Both the position numbers and the translations under genes were made by a program. A DNA stretch of 64,000 nucleotides, from contig JAUCBJ010000548.1 of assembly GCA_032718475.1 (NCBI GenBank), positions 75,994 through 139,993 on the forward strand, in the 5' to 3' direction. A model generated the notes under the pieces. It had not been told where the DNA came from. It was given only the letters and a program-made list of their open reading frames with translations, and did not search any database. Below, piece by piece: positions 24,140-37,900 of this stretch. Numbering within the stretch: position 1 is the stretch's first letter; each line of letters starts with the position of its first letter. Source of the stretch: Nemertoderma westbladi (taxonomy: Eukaryota > Animalia > Xenacoelomorpha).

Positions 24140-25250
24140 TCTAAACATTAATAACTTGGCCAATCCTCGATGAAATAACTGTATCAAACTAACCAAACTT
24201 GGTATACATGTTGTTTGGCATCAATTTTGAAATTTTCCAAGTTGAATTTGAGTGTGGCCTTCGAGAAGCTAAAGATACAATACTAGCAGTTGCTTCGTTA
24301 ATTAAATTGATTACGGTAAAAACTGCATTTTTTCTGCTTGTCCTTTAATGGAAATTAATTATTTTATAGTATAAGATATAAATAATTATACTTAAAAATT
24401 ACACAGCTGTAATCTCCATACCCGTCCCATTATTGTTTTTAATTAAATCAGGTGATTTGCTTTAAGAAATGTGTTTTCAATTGATCTAAACGTAATTAAG
24501 TTATTAAAATACCCCGTCACTCCTATACTTCCAACTCACCCATTCCGTGCTTGCTATTGCATGGCTGGGAACCAGTCCAACCAACAGTTCACCACTACTC
24601 AAAGGCAGCAATGTAATGAGTCAGACTAATAATACACGTTCGTGGGGCCTTCGCGCAGCACGAAAGCCTATATTAGAAAGTACATTATACTAATCTCTAT
24701 TAGATATACGAAAACCGTCTTTCCTAAAATATATATGAGTGAAGGCGATGCTATCAGTTTGTGATAAACTAGTTGTAAAAATAGAGATCCATTTCAGTTT
24801 GCCCTTACACACTTTAACTGTCATTTGTAAACCTTCTAACTAGGGCTATTTAAGTTAAGTATGACATTTTTAGTTTTACAATACTCTTCTCCTTTATTAG
24901 CCTCGTTGCGCTCGTCCTGATTTGTCTTAAAATAATTTCCCTAAACGGAGACTAACGACCTTTATAACTGTGCAAAGTTTCGAAACTGTGAGAGTAACTG
25001 CTGATTTATGGCAGATGGATACTCGTATCCACTGTAAACTCGTTGCGTTCGTTCGTTTTTTACCAAACTTGTGATTCTTTCTAAACTTTTGCCGGACTAC
25101 ATACGTACCAAGTTTCGTTTAATTTCATCAAGGAATAATAACCGAGTTATTAGCGTTCAAACATTTACGACGACAGACGATGACGACGACAGACAACTCG
25201 TTAATGGTACCCATATGCTAAGGCTTCGCTCACTTCGTGGCTCGCCACAC
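24140..25250. repeat. Cluster of a non-autonomous repeat family (Helitron/Helentron-HINE-like), with related copies at 25490-25710, 27640-27680, 29825-30410 and 30995-31425
   Basis: 24150-24480 is an inverted match to 30995-31335; 24895-25000 matches 30290-30410; recurring short hairpin ends gggccttcgcgcagcacga.gcc and gctcacttcgtggctcgcc. The family assignment is inference. Confidence 0.55.
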
Positions 25251-26298
25251 AGCTTGCTTATTGTTTATCTCGCAAAATGGTTGGCTGAGTATTTTATCGT
25301 GATTCTTTATAGAATATAATTCTTAGATTCTTAGAATAATTAGCTAGATAATTTCGTTGACATGGTAAATTAATATCTCAGTATCAATACTATCGTAATA
25401 AGGTAAGTTGTTAATATTTCTTACAAATTGGGGTCGCCTCCACGCCTAAAATAAAATATATTTCATATATTAATTTTAAAAACATATTTCCTGTTAATAT
25501 CTGCCTTTCACCAATCCTCTGAGTGTTGGGGTGTTGTAGATTAAGGGGGAGCGGGGGGAGGGGGGGGGGGGGGTGTGGAGGGGAGGAACTTTCCCCGCTT
25601 CTTTGATTAATTGGCGGTTTGGTTAAATTTCTTAACTACCGATTTTGTGATAGAATTACTCAATTTTAATTTGTATCTCATAACTGAACCTCGTGCTGCG
25701 CGAAGGCCCTACAAACGTGTTTAGTTACGTGTCCCGGTAACAAGATTAACTCATATGCTGTTCCATATAGACGCTAACATTACATTTATTACATTACTAC
25801 ATTACATTTTAAAAAATAGAGTTTGGCCCTAGAGCTGGGTTTGATGGCTAATTACTTTCCCACAATCCAATAGCTATAAAAAGATTTTTTCCGAATAATG
25901 GTGGATCTTTGAGAAAATTAATATCACAAAAGGATCACTAGACTAGAAGATTATGTTGTCCAATCATATTGCAGGCCATGGACACTTCATACTGTAGGCC
26001 TACACTGTACAGTGTACTGTACATGTGTGTAAATTGTCAAGTATGACAAGGTTGGGGGTGTCTTCAAATTGTTATAATAATTAGTTATTATTATAGTATA
26101 TGTTTCCATAACAATGAGAGATTCAATCTTCAGACCATCCTTACAGTATTCCATTCCTATCTAGTTTACAAGGTTGCACAACTCAAATTTATAATAAACG
26201 TAACCACACCGAAAAAATATTTCGCCATATTACAATAATTCAGTGAGTAGCATTATTTAGTACTACTAGGATCGGCATGCTGCTTTGCAGCTGCATTA

Positions 26299-27600
26299 TT
26301 AAAAATGTTGTGCCGGCTTGTCGACAAAATTGCGCCGCCACAACTCCCTATCTCCCATGACATTTGCTAGATCATCCGCATCTTCAAGGCCAGCGTCCTT
26401 TAAGATGCTTCTCAAGAAAGTCATGGGCTGTCCACCATGCTTATTCACTCCATGACGCTGCCAAAGCACAAGATTATGCACTGGCTGGTCCTCACGGCGA
26501 AAGCAATGTCCTGCAAAGCGGAGGCGACTTTGTTCTAGTGTCAAGCTTGGGGAACCAATGAGACACCTCCAATGTTATATAGTGTCTGGTTGGAGATGTG
26601 TGCATTGTACTTGACACAATGAACCCGGCGTAGCATTCTCGTGAATGTGCCATCCAGAGATTTGGTGTCCTCAGCAGTTAGAGCCCAGCATGGACTCCCA
26701 TAGAAGAAGTACTGGCACTACTGCTTCTCTAAATTATCGGACCTTAAGTTTCCGATTAATTATCTGTGACTTCCAAATCCTGGAAAACCTATTCAAGGCT
26801 GCCCATGCCTTTCCCTTACGTATTCGAAGGTCATCGCCTGACTTCCGGATCCATGATCCCAGGTAACAGAAGTCGTCCACATGCTCAGGCATACCATCCT
26901 TTGAGCTTATGCTCATCCGGTCAGAGACTTGCTGAGGATTTTCAAAGTTAACTGTCAAAATTTTGGTCTTTTTGGAGTGAATAAAAAGACCAAAACTAGA
27001 AGCAGCATGTTCTAATGAGCTGAGGAGCCATTGGGCTCCCTCTAGTGATTCTGAGAGTACTCCTAAGTCATCAGCAAAGTCTAGATCACTTAGGTACTTG
27101 GCAGGATTTCCTCGACTTCTGGAGCCAGTAAGTTGAGTTACCATCACCCCATCATCATTATGATGATCTAAGGAGATGCGTAGAACATAGTCAACCACAA
27201 TTACGAACAAGAATGGCGCAAGTGCGTCTCCTTGGAGGACGCCCCATAACACTTCAAATGGTTCTGTGTCACCGTCAACAGTAGACACAAATGTTGTCGA
27301 ACCATCGTACACTGATCTGATTGCTGCAATAATTTCATCAGGAATCCCATATAATGAAAGTATGCTGAACATACGTGATCGAGAGATTGAATCAAAAGCC
27401 TTGAAGAAGTCAACAAAGATAACAGCAAGATGCCTGTCTTTCTTTTTTGATAACTCTTCAATTATCCTTCTAAGTGCCAAAATGGACTCCATGGTCCCAC
27501 GACCTTTGCGGAACCCATTCTGATTTCCACGGAGCAGTCTCCCAATGGGATCCATAATGCGATTTAATATAATTCTATTGTATAGCTTTGCAGCAATCGA
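26299..27600 (-). mobile_element. 5'-truncated RTE-like LINE, RT and C-terminus with frameshifts
   Basis: QNGFRKGRGT, FVDFFKAFDS, GVLQGDALAP, DLDFADD, FCYLGSW, RLRFAGHCFRR. Confidence 0.88.
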
Positions 27601-28039
27601 TTAATTATTTAGTAATTTCATCGTGACAGCGTTAGCAAACTAAAGGTTCACTCCTTATTCGTGGCTCGCCCTACATTCCAGATTAACGTGATTTACGGTG
27701 GGATTTTACAGTCACACGCTGAGCAATGATAGGAAAGAGTTAACTTACGAGGCAACCATTACAAACAATTTTCTTATCACCAGCTGCACAGCCCTAGAGA
27801 CCGCATACCGACCTTATTGGTGTGTGTGAACATCAACTGCTAACAACTCTTTCTCTCCTAATGCGCTTCACATAAGATTTTATAAATATCAACAAATTTA
27901 CTACACGTAAAAAATAACGAGTTAATATGAAGTCGAATACTGTAATATCTCGAATACTTCGAATTAGAGCCTACTGGAGCACTCTCAGTTGGACTGAGCA
28001 TTCTCACTGGACCTCTTAGTTCTTGCCCAACAGCGAGAA

Positions 28040-28785
28040 AACACCTACTGCTAACTGAACATGCGAACACCTACTACTGCTAACTGAACATGCGAACACC
28101 TACTAGTGCTAACTGAACATGCGAACACCTTACTGCTAACTGAACATGCGAACAGCTACTGCTAACTGAACATGCGAACACCTTACTGCTAACTGAACAT
28201 GCGAACACCTTACTGCTAACTGAACATGCGAACAGCTACTGCTAACTGAACATGCGAACACCTTACTGCTAACTGAACATGCGAACAGCTACTGCTAACT
28301 GAACATGCGAACACCTACTAGTGCTAACTGAACATGCGAACACCTTACTGCTAACTGAACATGCGAACAGCTACTGCTAACTGAACATGCGAACACCTTA
28401 CTGCTAACTGAACATGCGAACACCTACTAGTGCTAACTGAACATGCGAACACCTTACTGCTAACTGAACATGCGAACAGCTACTGCTAACTGAACATGCG
28501 AACACCTTACTGCTAACTGAACATGCGAACACCTACTAGTGCTAACTGAACATGCGAACACCTTACTGCTAACTGAACATGCGAACAGCTACTGCTAACT
28601 GAACATGCGAACACCTTACTGCTAACTGAACATGCGAACACCTTACTGCTAACTGAACATGCGAACAGCTACTGCTAACTGAACATGCGAACACCTACTG
28701 CTAACTGAACATGCGATCACCTACTGCTAACTGAACATGCGAACACCTACTGCAAACTGAACACGAGAACAGCTCTACTGCTAAA
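28040..28785. repeat. Minisatellite, 26-29 bp units (core tgctaactgaacatgcgaaca)
   Basis: Invariant core with three linker variants (cctactag, ccttac, gctac) recurring in a semi-regular order. Confidence 0.95.
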
Positions 28786-31700
28786 ACTGAGTTACAAAAT
28801 ACAAATTACAAATACAAATATAAAAATTCAATAAAACTTGGACAGAAAAGTGAATACCTGGTATTCTTCACATGGGGGCGCTCCATCTCGCTGGAGCAAA
28901 TTTAATTCTCAGTATAGTATAATTAACTAAATAAAATCGAAAATGAACTATTAAAATATTTATAAATTAAATCGTTTTAAATAAAATGGCAGCCCAAAAC
29001 TATAAATTAATATATTAATTAATTAAAATGTCAATTATTACCTTCAAGTAATAAAAATCTTATGTAATTTTAAATGATAGAACTTCACAGTATGAACAAT
29101 AAATTAAGAAATATGTTTCAAACTCATAATCAAGTTTCTTAAATCATTTTATCTAAGGGCGACAGTTCGACCTAGACATGTTGGCTTGTATAACAATTAG
29201 TGATCACAAAGAAATTTATCCGAAAAGGATATCTGCAGATCTGCATTAAAGTTCAAGTATAATAATACAAAATTAATGTTAATGTATGCATTAATTAGCT
29301 TCCAATAATGACATAATGCGAAGCAATGAATGTAATTTAACCATGTGGTCATTCAGTGTGACTAATTCCACAAGAGAAATTCTTTAACCTCTTTATATTA
29401 TATAAACCACGTGTTTCGCTTCTGTTTATATCCTTATACCATTCATGCCACATCAGTTTGTTATTACGTCATGAATGACTGACTTCCTATAATTCTATAG
29501 TCGTGAAGTTGATGGTAGTCGTGACTCGCCTGAGTCTAACATTACACAGAACCCTACTTACACAAATATCGGGTCATTTCCAAATTAATCAAATTCACAA
29601 CTTAAAATAGCATGTCAATGAACAAATCCGAAACTTGAATACTGAAAAATGCTTTCGCATAGTTATCCCACCTGTCAATAGCTGATTGGTGGAGCGAAAT
29701 AGATGATCATGGTGCTGCTGGTACAAATCCCACTGACTGCGTTCCATAGTTTATTTTTTCACATTTTAATAAACCCCATGGTTACTAACCTCGAATATTA
29801 TTGTAATGTAGTAATCTACACGTTGGTGGGGCCTTCGCGCAGCACGAGGCCCAGTTATTAGATACAAATTAAAATTGAGCGACTGTATCACAAAATCAGG
29901 TTTTGAGAAATTTACCCACACCACCAATCAATCAAAGAAAGGGGGACAGTACGTGTTCACCCCTTTTAATCTCCCCCCCCCCCCCCCCCCCCCACCCTTC
30001 CCAACCACCAATACATAACCGCGACATCTACCACCCACGGAAGGGTAGCACGAACTTATTTCCAATCGCACGTTAAATATGCAAAGCCAGGTGGTTTATA
30101 GGAATATAATAAACGCAGTACTCGTTTTCATTATAAGCCTCTTTGCGTTCGTCCTGTTTTGTATTTAAATATATTTCTTAAACGCAGGCTAGGACGATCT
30201 TTATAATAATAATAACTAGGGATGCGATCAATATGTGAAGCCAGGTGGTTTATATAATAATTTAGTCAACGCAGTACTCGTCTTCATTATATGCCTCGTT
30301 GCGCTCGTCGCTTGTCCTGTTTTATCATAAAATATTTTTCCTAAACGCAGACTGACGATCTTTATACAGTTATAACTATGCGAAGTTTCGAAACTGTGCG
30401 AGTAACTGTTGATACATCTATGTGGAGATGTGTGATATGTGGAGATGTGTGATACAACGCCAACGCATCTTATGCCGATGTAGTAATATGGGTATTGAAA
30501 TAATATTAAATCAATGTACACTCTTAAAGCTGCAGCGAAAAAATGTAGCTAATTTCCTAGGTTACATATAAAATAATAATATTATTTTTAAGAACATTAA
30601 TTTTACTACTTTGCAAAAATTCAATTAAAAAATAACCAGACATATACATTGTGGAATAAACTATGTCAGAAGCCTACAACAGCCATGCTATGGATGGTAT
30701 TTATGTTATTATATCTGTCATTTACCTGAGATAGCAATACAACACTTATAGTAGAGTCAATGTTGGGATGTTGGATTTAAAGAATGCTGTCTGGGCTGGA
30801 ATAGCAATACTGGTTGCCTATTACAATTCCTCTCTGGTTAGTCTACAGCCACAACTCCCAGCTAGCTCCACACCAGCAGAGACTTGACCAATAATCATTC
30901 CCAGCAACTGGCTGCCTTAACACACATCCTTCCATCTATGTACCAGCATGTTAGCCAATAAATGAGCAGTATTTAATGAGAATCAATTTTTTACGCCGTT
31001 TTAATTACTTTAGATCAATTAAAGACACAATTATTAAAGCAAATCACTTGAACTAATTAAAAACTATAATAGAATGGCGTATGTGGATTACATCTGTATA
31101 ATTTTCAAGTATAATTATTTAAATCTTATACTGTAAAACAATTAATTTCCTTTAAAAGGCAGGTTGAAAATGGTGTTTTTACCGTAATCAACTTAATTAA
31201 CTAATTAACTGCTATTATCTTAGCTTCTCGAAGGCCACACGGAAATTCTACTTGGAAAATTTCTAAACTTTTGCCAAACAACATGTGTACCAAGTTTGGA
31301 TAGATTTCATCAAAGATTGGCCGAGTTATTAATGTTTAAAATTGAACGCGACAGAACGACAGAACGACAGGTTGATTAATGGTACCACTACGCTAAGGCT
31401 CACTCACTTCGTGGCTCGCCCCACATTACAGCTCGCTGCCCATTCAATAAGTTACAATTCAAAAAAATATGCTATAAAATATTGTAAATATAACACTGGA
31501 TCTGTGATAGTGATATTGGGGCATATGAATTGTTTAAATTGTTTGTTGTATCTGCAATATACACAGAAAGGGAACGCGATAGTTGCATGTACAACATGCA
31601 TATACCCGTTACTACGAGGCATTTACTTTACTATATTATCATTTGGCATAGTGTACTTCGGGTGTCGACAGACCATTACTACTCTTACATGTTAGATATT

Positions 31701-31974
31701 CGGATACATCGATTATCTAACATCGCTTGTCACTGTCAGATCTTGTAAAACCGGACAGCAAACCGTACACCTGAGTAGCAACGGTAATGCGGAACTGAAG
31801 GCCGAGTTAAGTGTCAGGCCGAGGGAGGCAGGAGGAATCGCATCAATCCAAACAACTCACCCGCTACATTACTATTAATATAATTCAGGGGTTCCTCATA
31901 CAGGTTCCATTCACTCACTCTATCGGATGTGGGAGAGGGGATCGATTCGTTTTCAGTAGCCGAGACATGATCAC

Positions 31975-34900
31975 GATTTGCGGGACAGCTGTGGGTTACT
32001 GTGGTGGGGTGAAGCTATTTTATGGACAGCTGTGGGTTCCTGTGGTGGGGTGAAGCTATTTTATGGACAGCTGTGGGTTCCTGTGGTGGTGTGAAGAGAT
32101 TTGCGGGACAGCTGTGGGTTCCTGTGGTGGTGTGAAGAGATTTGCGGGACAGCTGTGGGTTACTGTTGTGGTGTGAAGAGATTTGCGGGACAGCTGTGGG
32201 TTCCTGTGGTGGGGTGAAGCTATTTTATGGACAGCTGTGGGTTCCTGTGGTGGTGTAAAGATATTTGCGGGACAGCTGTGGGTTCCTGTGGTGGGGTGAA
32301 GCTATTTTATGGACAGCTGTGGGTTCCTGTGGTGGGGTGAAGCTATTTTATGGACAGCTGTGGGTTCCTGTGGTGGTGTGAAGAGATTTGCGGGACAGCT
32401 GTGGGTTCCTGTGGTGGTGTGAAGAGATTTGCGGGACAGCTGTGGGTTACTGTTGTGGTGTGAAGAGATTTGCGGGACAGCTGTGGGTTCCTGTGGTGGG
32501 GTGAAGCTATTTTATGGACAGCTGTGGGTTCCTGTGGTGGTGTGAAGAGATTTGCGGGACAGCTGTGGGTTCCTGTGGTGGGGTGAAGCTATTTTATGGA
32601 CAGCTGTGGGTTCCTGTGGTGGTGTGAAGAGATTTGCGGGACAGCTGTGGGTTCCTGTGGTGGTGTGAAGAGATTTGCGGGACAGCTGTGGGTTCCTGTG
32701 GTGGTGTGAAGATATTTCCGGGACAGCTGTGGGTTCCTGTGGTGGTGTGAAGAGATTTGCGGGACAGCTGTGGGTTCCTGTGGTGGTGTGAACCGGGACA
32801 GCTGTGGGTTCCTGTGGTGGGGTGAAGCTATTTTATGGACAGCTGTGGGTTCCTGTGGTGGTGTGAAGAGATTTGCGGGACAGCTGTGGGTTCCTGTGGT
32901 GGTGTGAAGAGATTTGCGGGACAGCTGTGGGTTCATGTGGTGGTGTGAAGATATTTCCGGGACAGCTGTGGGTTCCTGTGGTGGTGTGAAGAGATTTGCG
33001 GGACAGCTGTGGGTTCTTGTGGTGGTGTGAAGAGATTTGCGGGACAGCTGTGGGTTCCTGTGGTGGTGTGAAGAGATTTGCGGGACAGCTGTGGGTTCCT
33101 GTGGTGGTGTGAAGATATTTCCGGGACAGCTGCGGGTTACTGTGGTGGTGTGAAGAGATTTGCGGGGCAGCTGTGGGTTACTGTTGTGGTGTGAAGAGAT
33201 TTGCGGGACAGCTGTGGGTTCCTGTGGTGGGGTGAAGCTATTTTATGGACAGCTGTGGGTTCCTGTGGTGGTGTGAAGAGATTTGCGGGACAGCTGTGGG
33301 TTCCTGTGGTGGTGTGAAGAGATTTGCGGGACAGCTGTGGGTTCCTGTGGTGGTGTGAAGATATTTCCGGGACAGCTGTGGGTTCCTGTGGTGGTGTGAA
33401 GAGATTTGCGGGACAGCTGTGGGTTCCTGTGGTGGTGTGAAGAGATTTGCGGGACAGCTGTGGGTTCTTGTGGTGGTGTGAACCGGGACAGCTATGGGTT
33501 CCTGTTGTGGTGTGCACCGGAACAGCTGTGGGTTCCTGTGGTGGAGTGAACCGGGACGGCTGTGGGTTGCTGTAGTGGTGTAAAGAGATTTGCGGGACAG
33601 CTGCGGGTTACTGTGGTGGTGTGAAGAGATTTGCGGGACAGCTGTGGGTTCCTGTGGTGGTGTGAAGAGATTCGCGGGACAGCATGGGTTACTGTGGTGG
33701 TGTGAACCGGGACAGCTGTGGGTTCCTGTGGTGGTGTGAACCGGGACAGCTGTGGGTTCTGTTGTGGTGTGAACCGGGACAGCTGTGGGTTCTTGTGGTG
33801 GTGTGAACCGGGACAGCTATGGGTTCCTGTTGTGGTGTGAACCGGGACAGCTGTGGGTTCCTGTGGTGGTATGAACCGGGACGGCTGTGGGTTGCTGTAG
33901 TGGTATGAACCGGGACGGCTGTGGGTTGCTGTAGTGGTGTAAAGATATTTGCGGGACAGCTGCGGGTTACTGTGGTGGTGTGAAAAGATTTCCGGGACAG
34001 CTGTGGGTTCCAGAGGTGGTATGAAGAGATTCGCGGGACAGCTGTGGGTTCCTGTGGTGGTGTGAAAAGATTTTCGGGACAGCTGTGGGTTCCTGAGGTG
34101 GTATGAAGAGATTCGCGGGACAGCTGTGGGTTCTTGTGGTGGTGTGAAGAGATTTGCGGACAGCTGTGGGTTCCTGTGGTGGTGTGAAGAGATTTGCGGG
34201 ACAGCTGTGGGTTCCTGTGGTGGTGTGAACCGGGACAGCTGTGGGTTCTGTTGTGGTGTGAACCGGGACAGCTGTGGGTTCTTGTGGTGGTGTGAACCGG
34301 GACAGCTATGGGTTCCTGTTGTGGTGTGAACCGGGACAGCTGTGGGTTCCTGTGGTGGTGTGAACCGGGACGGCTGTGGGTTGTTGCTGTGGTGGTGTAA
34401 AGAGATTTGCGGACAGCTGTGGGTTACTGTTGTGGTGTGAACCGGGACAGCTGTGGGTTCTTGTGGTGGTGTGAACCGGGACAGCATGGGTTCCTGTTGT
34501 GGTGTGAACCGGGACAGCTGTGGGTTCTTGTGGTGGTGTGAACCGGGAAAGCTATGGGTTCCTGTTGTGGTGTGAACCGGGACAGCTGTGGGTTCTTGTG
34601 GTGGTGTAAACCGGGACAGCTGTGAGTTCCTGTGGTGGTGTGAACTGGGACGGCTGTGGGTTCCTGTGGTGGTGTAAACCGGGACGGCTGTGGGTTGCTG
34701 TAGTGGTGTAAAGAGATTTGCGGGACAGCTGCGGATTACTGTGGTGGTATGAAGAGATTTGCGGGACAGCTGTGGGTTCCTGTGGTGGTGTGAAAAGATC
34801 TCCGGGACAGCTGTGGGTTCCTGAGGTGGTATGAAGAGATTCGCGGGACAGCTGTGGGTTTCTGTGGTGGTGGTGTGAACCGGGACAGCTGTGGGTTACT

Positions 34901-37900
34901 GTTGTGGTGTGAACCGGGACAGCTGTGGGTTCTTGTGGTGGTGTGAACCGGGACAGCTATGGGTTCCTGTGGTGGTGTGAACCGGGACAGCTGTAGGTTC
35001 CTGTGGTGGTTTGAACCGGGACAGCTGTGGGTTACTGTTGTGGTGTGAACCGGGACAGCTGTGGGTTCCTGCGGTGGTGTGAACCGGGACAGCTGTGGGT
35101 TACAGTTGTGGTGTGAACCGGGACAGCTGTGGGTTCCTGTGGTGGTGTGAACCGGGACAGCTGTGGGTTACTGTTGTGGTGTGAACCGGGACAGCTGTGG
35201 GTTCTTGTGGTGGTGTGAACCGGGACAGCTATGGGTTCCTGTTGTGGTGTGAACCGGGACAGCTGTGGGTTCCTGTGGTGGTGTGAACCGGGACGGCTGT
35301 GGGTTGTTGCTGTGGTGGTGTAAAGATATTTGCGGGACAGCTGTGGGTTCCTGTGGTGGTGTGAAAATATTACCGGGACAGCTGTCGGTTCCTGAGGTGG
35401 TATGAAGAGATTCGCGGGACAGCTGTGGGTTCCTGTGGTGGTGTGAAGAGATTTGCGGGACAGCTGTGGGTTCCTGTGGTGGTGTGAAGATATTTCCGGG
35501 ACAGCTGTGGGTTCCTGTGGTGGTGTGAAGAGATTTGCGGGACAGCTGTGGGTTCCTGTGGTGGTGTGAAGAGATTTGCGGGACAGCTGTGGGTTCTTGT
35601 GGTGGTGTGAACCGGGACAGCTATGGGTTCCTGTTGTGGTGTGCACCGGAACAGCTATGGGTTCCTGTGGTGGAGTGAACCGGGACGGCTGTGGGTTGCT
35701 GTAGTGGTGTAAAGAGATTTGCGGGACAGCTGCGGGTTACTGTGGTGGTGTGAAGAGATTTGCGGGACAGCTGTGGGTTCCTGTGGTGGTGTGAACCGGG
35801 ACAGCTGTGGGTTCTTGTGGTGGTGTGAACCGGGACAGCTATGGGTTCCTGTGGTGGTGTGAACCGGGACAGCTGTAGGTTCCTGTGGTGGTTTGAACCG
35901 GGACAGCTGTGGGTTACTGTTGTGGTGTGAACCGGGACAGCTGTGGGTTCCTGCGGTGGTGTGAACCGGGACAGCTGTGGGTTACTGTTGTGGTGTGAAC
36001 CGGGACAGCTGTGGGTTCCTGTGGTGGTGTGAACCGGGACAGCTGTGGGTTACTGTTGTGGTGTGAACCGGGACAGCTGTGGGTTCTTGTGGTGGTGTGA
36101 ACCGGGACAGCTATGGGTTCCTGTTGTGGTGTGAACCGGGACGGCTGTGGGTTCCTGTGGTGGTGTGAACCGGGACGGCTGTGGGTTGTTGCTGTGGTGG
36201 TGTAAAGAGATTTGCGGGACAGCTGTGGGTTACTGTTGTGGTGTGAACCGGGACAGCTGTGGGTTCTTGTGGTGGTGTGAACCGGGACAGCATGGGTTCC
36301 TGTTGTGGTGTGAACCGGGACAACTGTGGGTTCTTGTGGTGGTGTGAACCGGGAAAGCTATGGGTTCTTGTTGTGGTGTGAACCGGGACAGCTGTGGGTT
36401 CTTGTGGTGGTGTGAACCGGGACAGCTGTGAGTTCCTGTGGTGGTGTGAACCGGGACGGCTGTGGGTTCCTGTGGTGGTGTAAACCGGGACGGCTGTGGG
36501 TTGCTGTGGTGGTGTAAAGATATTTGCGGGACAGCTGTGGGTTCCTGTGGTGGTGTGAAAATATTTCCGGGACAGCTGTGGGTTCCTGTGGTGGTGTAAA
36601 GAGATTTGCGGGACAGCTGTGGGTTACTGTTGTGGTGTGAACCGGGACAGCTGTGGGTTCTTGTGGTGGTGTGAACCGGGACAGCATGGGTTCCTGTTGT
36701 GGTGTGAACCGGGACAACTGTGGGTTATTGTGGTGGTGTGAACCGGGAAAGCTATGGGTTCTTGTTGTGGTGTGAACCGGGACAGCTGTGGGTTCTTGTG
36801 GTGGTGTGAACCGGGACAGCTGTGAGTTCCTGTGGTGGTGTGAACCGGGACGGCTGTGGGTTCCTGTGGTGGTGTAAACCGGGACGGCTGTGGGTTGCTG
36901 TGGTGGTGTAAAGATATTTGCGGGACAGCTGTGGGTTCCTGTGGTGGTGTGAAAATATTACCGGGACAGCTGTGGGTTCCTGAGGTGGTATGAAGAGATT
37001 CGCGGGACAGCTGTGGGTTCCTGAGGTGGTATGAAGAGATTCGCGGGACAGCTGTGGGTTCCTGTGGTGGTGTGAAGAGATTTGCGGGACAGCTGTGGGT
37101 TCCTGTGGTGGTGTGAAGATATTTCCGGGACAGCTGTGGGTTCCTGTGGTGGTGTGAAGAGATTTGCGGGACAGCTGTGGGTTCCTGTGGTGGTGTGAAG
37201 AGATTTGCGGGACAGCTGTGGGTTCTTGTGGTGGTGTGAACCGGGACAGCTATGGGTTCCTGTTGTGGTGTGCACCGGAACAGCTATGGGTTCCTGTGGT
37301 GGAGTGAACCGGGACGGCTGTGGGTTGCTGTAGTGGTGTAAAGAGATTTGCGGGACAGCTGCGGGTTACTGTGGTGGTGTGAAGAGATTTGCGGGACAGC
37401 TGTGGGTTCCTGTGGTGGTGTGAAGAGATTTGCGGGACAGCATGGGTTACTGTTGTGGTGTGAACCGGGACAGCTGTGGGTTCCTGTGGTGGAGTGAACC
37501 GGGACGGCTGTGGGTTCCTGTGGTGGTGTAAACCGGGACGGCTGTGGGTTGCTGTGGTGGTGTAAAGATATTTGCGGGACAGCTGTGGGTTCCTGTGGTG
37601 GTGTGAAAATATTTCCGGGACAGCTGTGGGTTCCTGTGGTGGTGTAAAGAGATTTGCGGGACAGCTGTGGGTTACTGTTGTGGTGTGAACCGGGACAGCT
37701 GTGGGTTCTTGTGGTGGTGTGAACCGGGACAGCATGGGTTCCTGTTGTGGTGTGAACCGGGACAACTGTGGGTTATTGTGGTGGTGTGAACCGGGAAAGC
37801 TATGGGTTCTTGTTGTGGTGTGAACCGGGACAGCTGTGGGTTCTTGTGGTGGTGTGAACCGGGACAGCTGTGAGTTCCTGTGGTGGTGTGAACCGGGACG

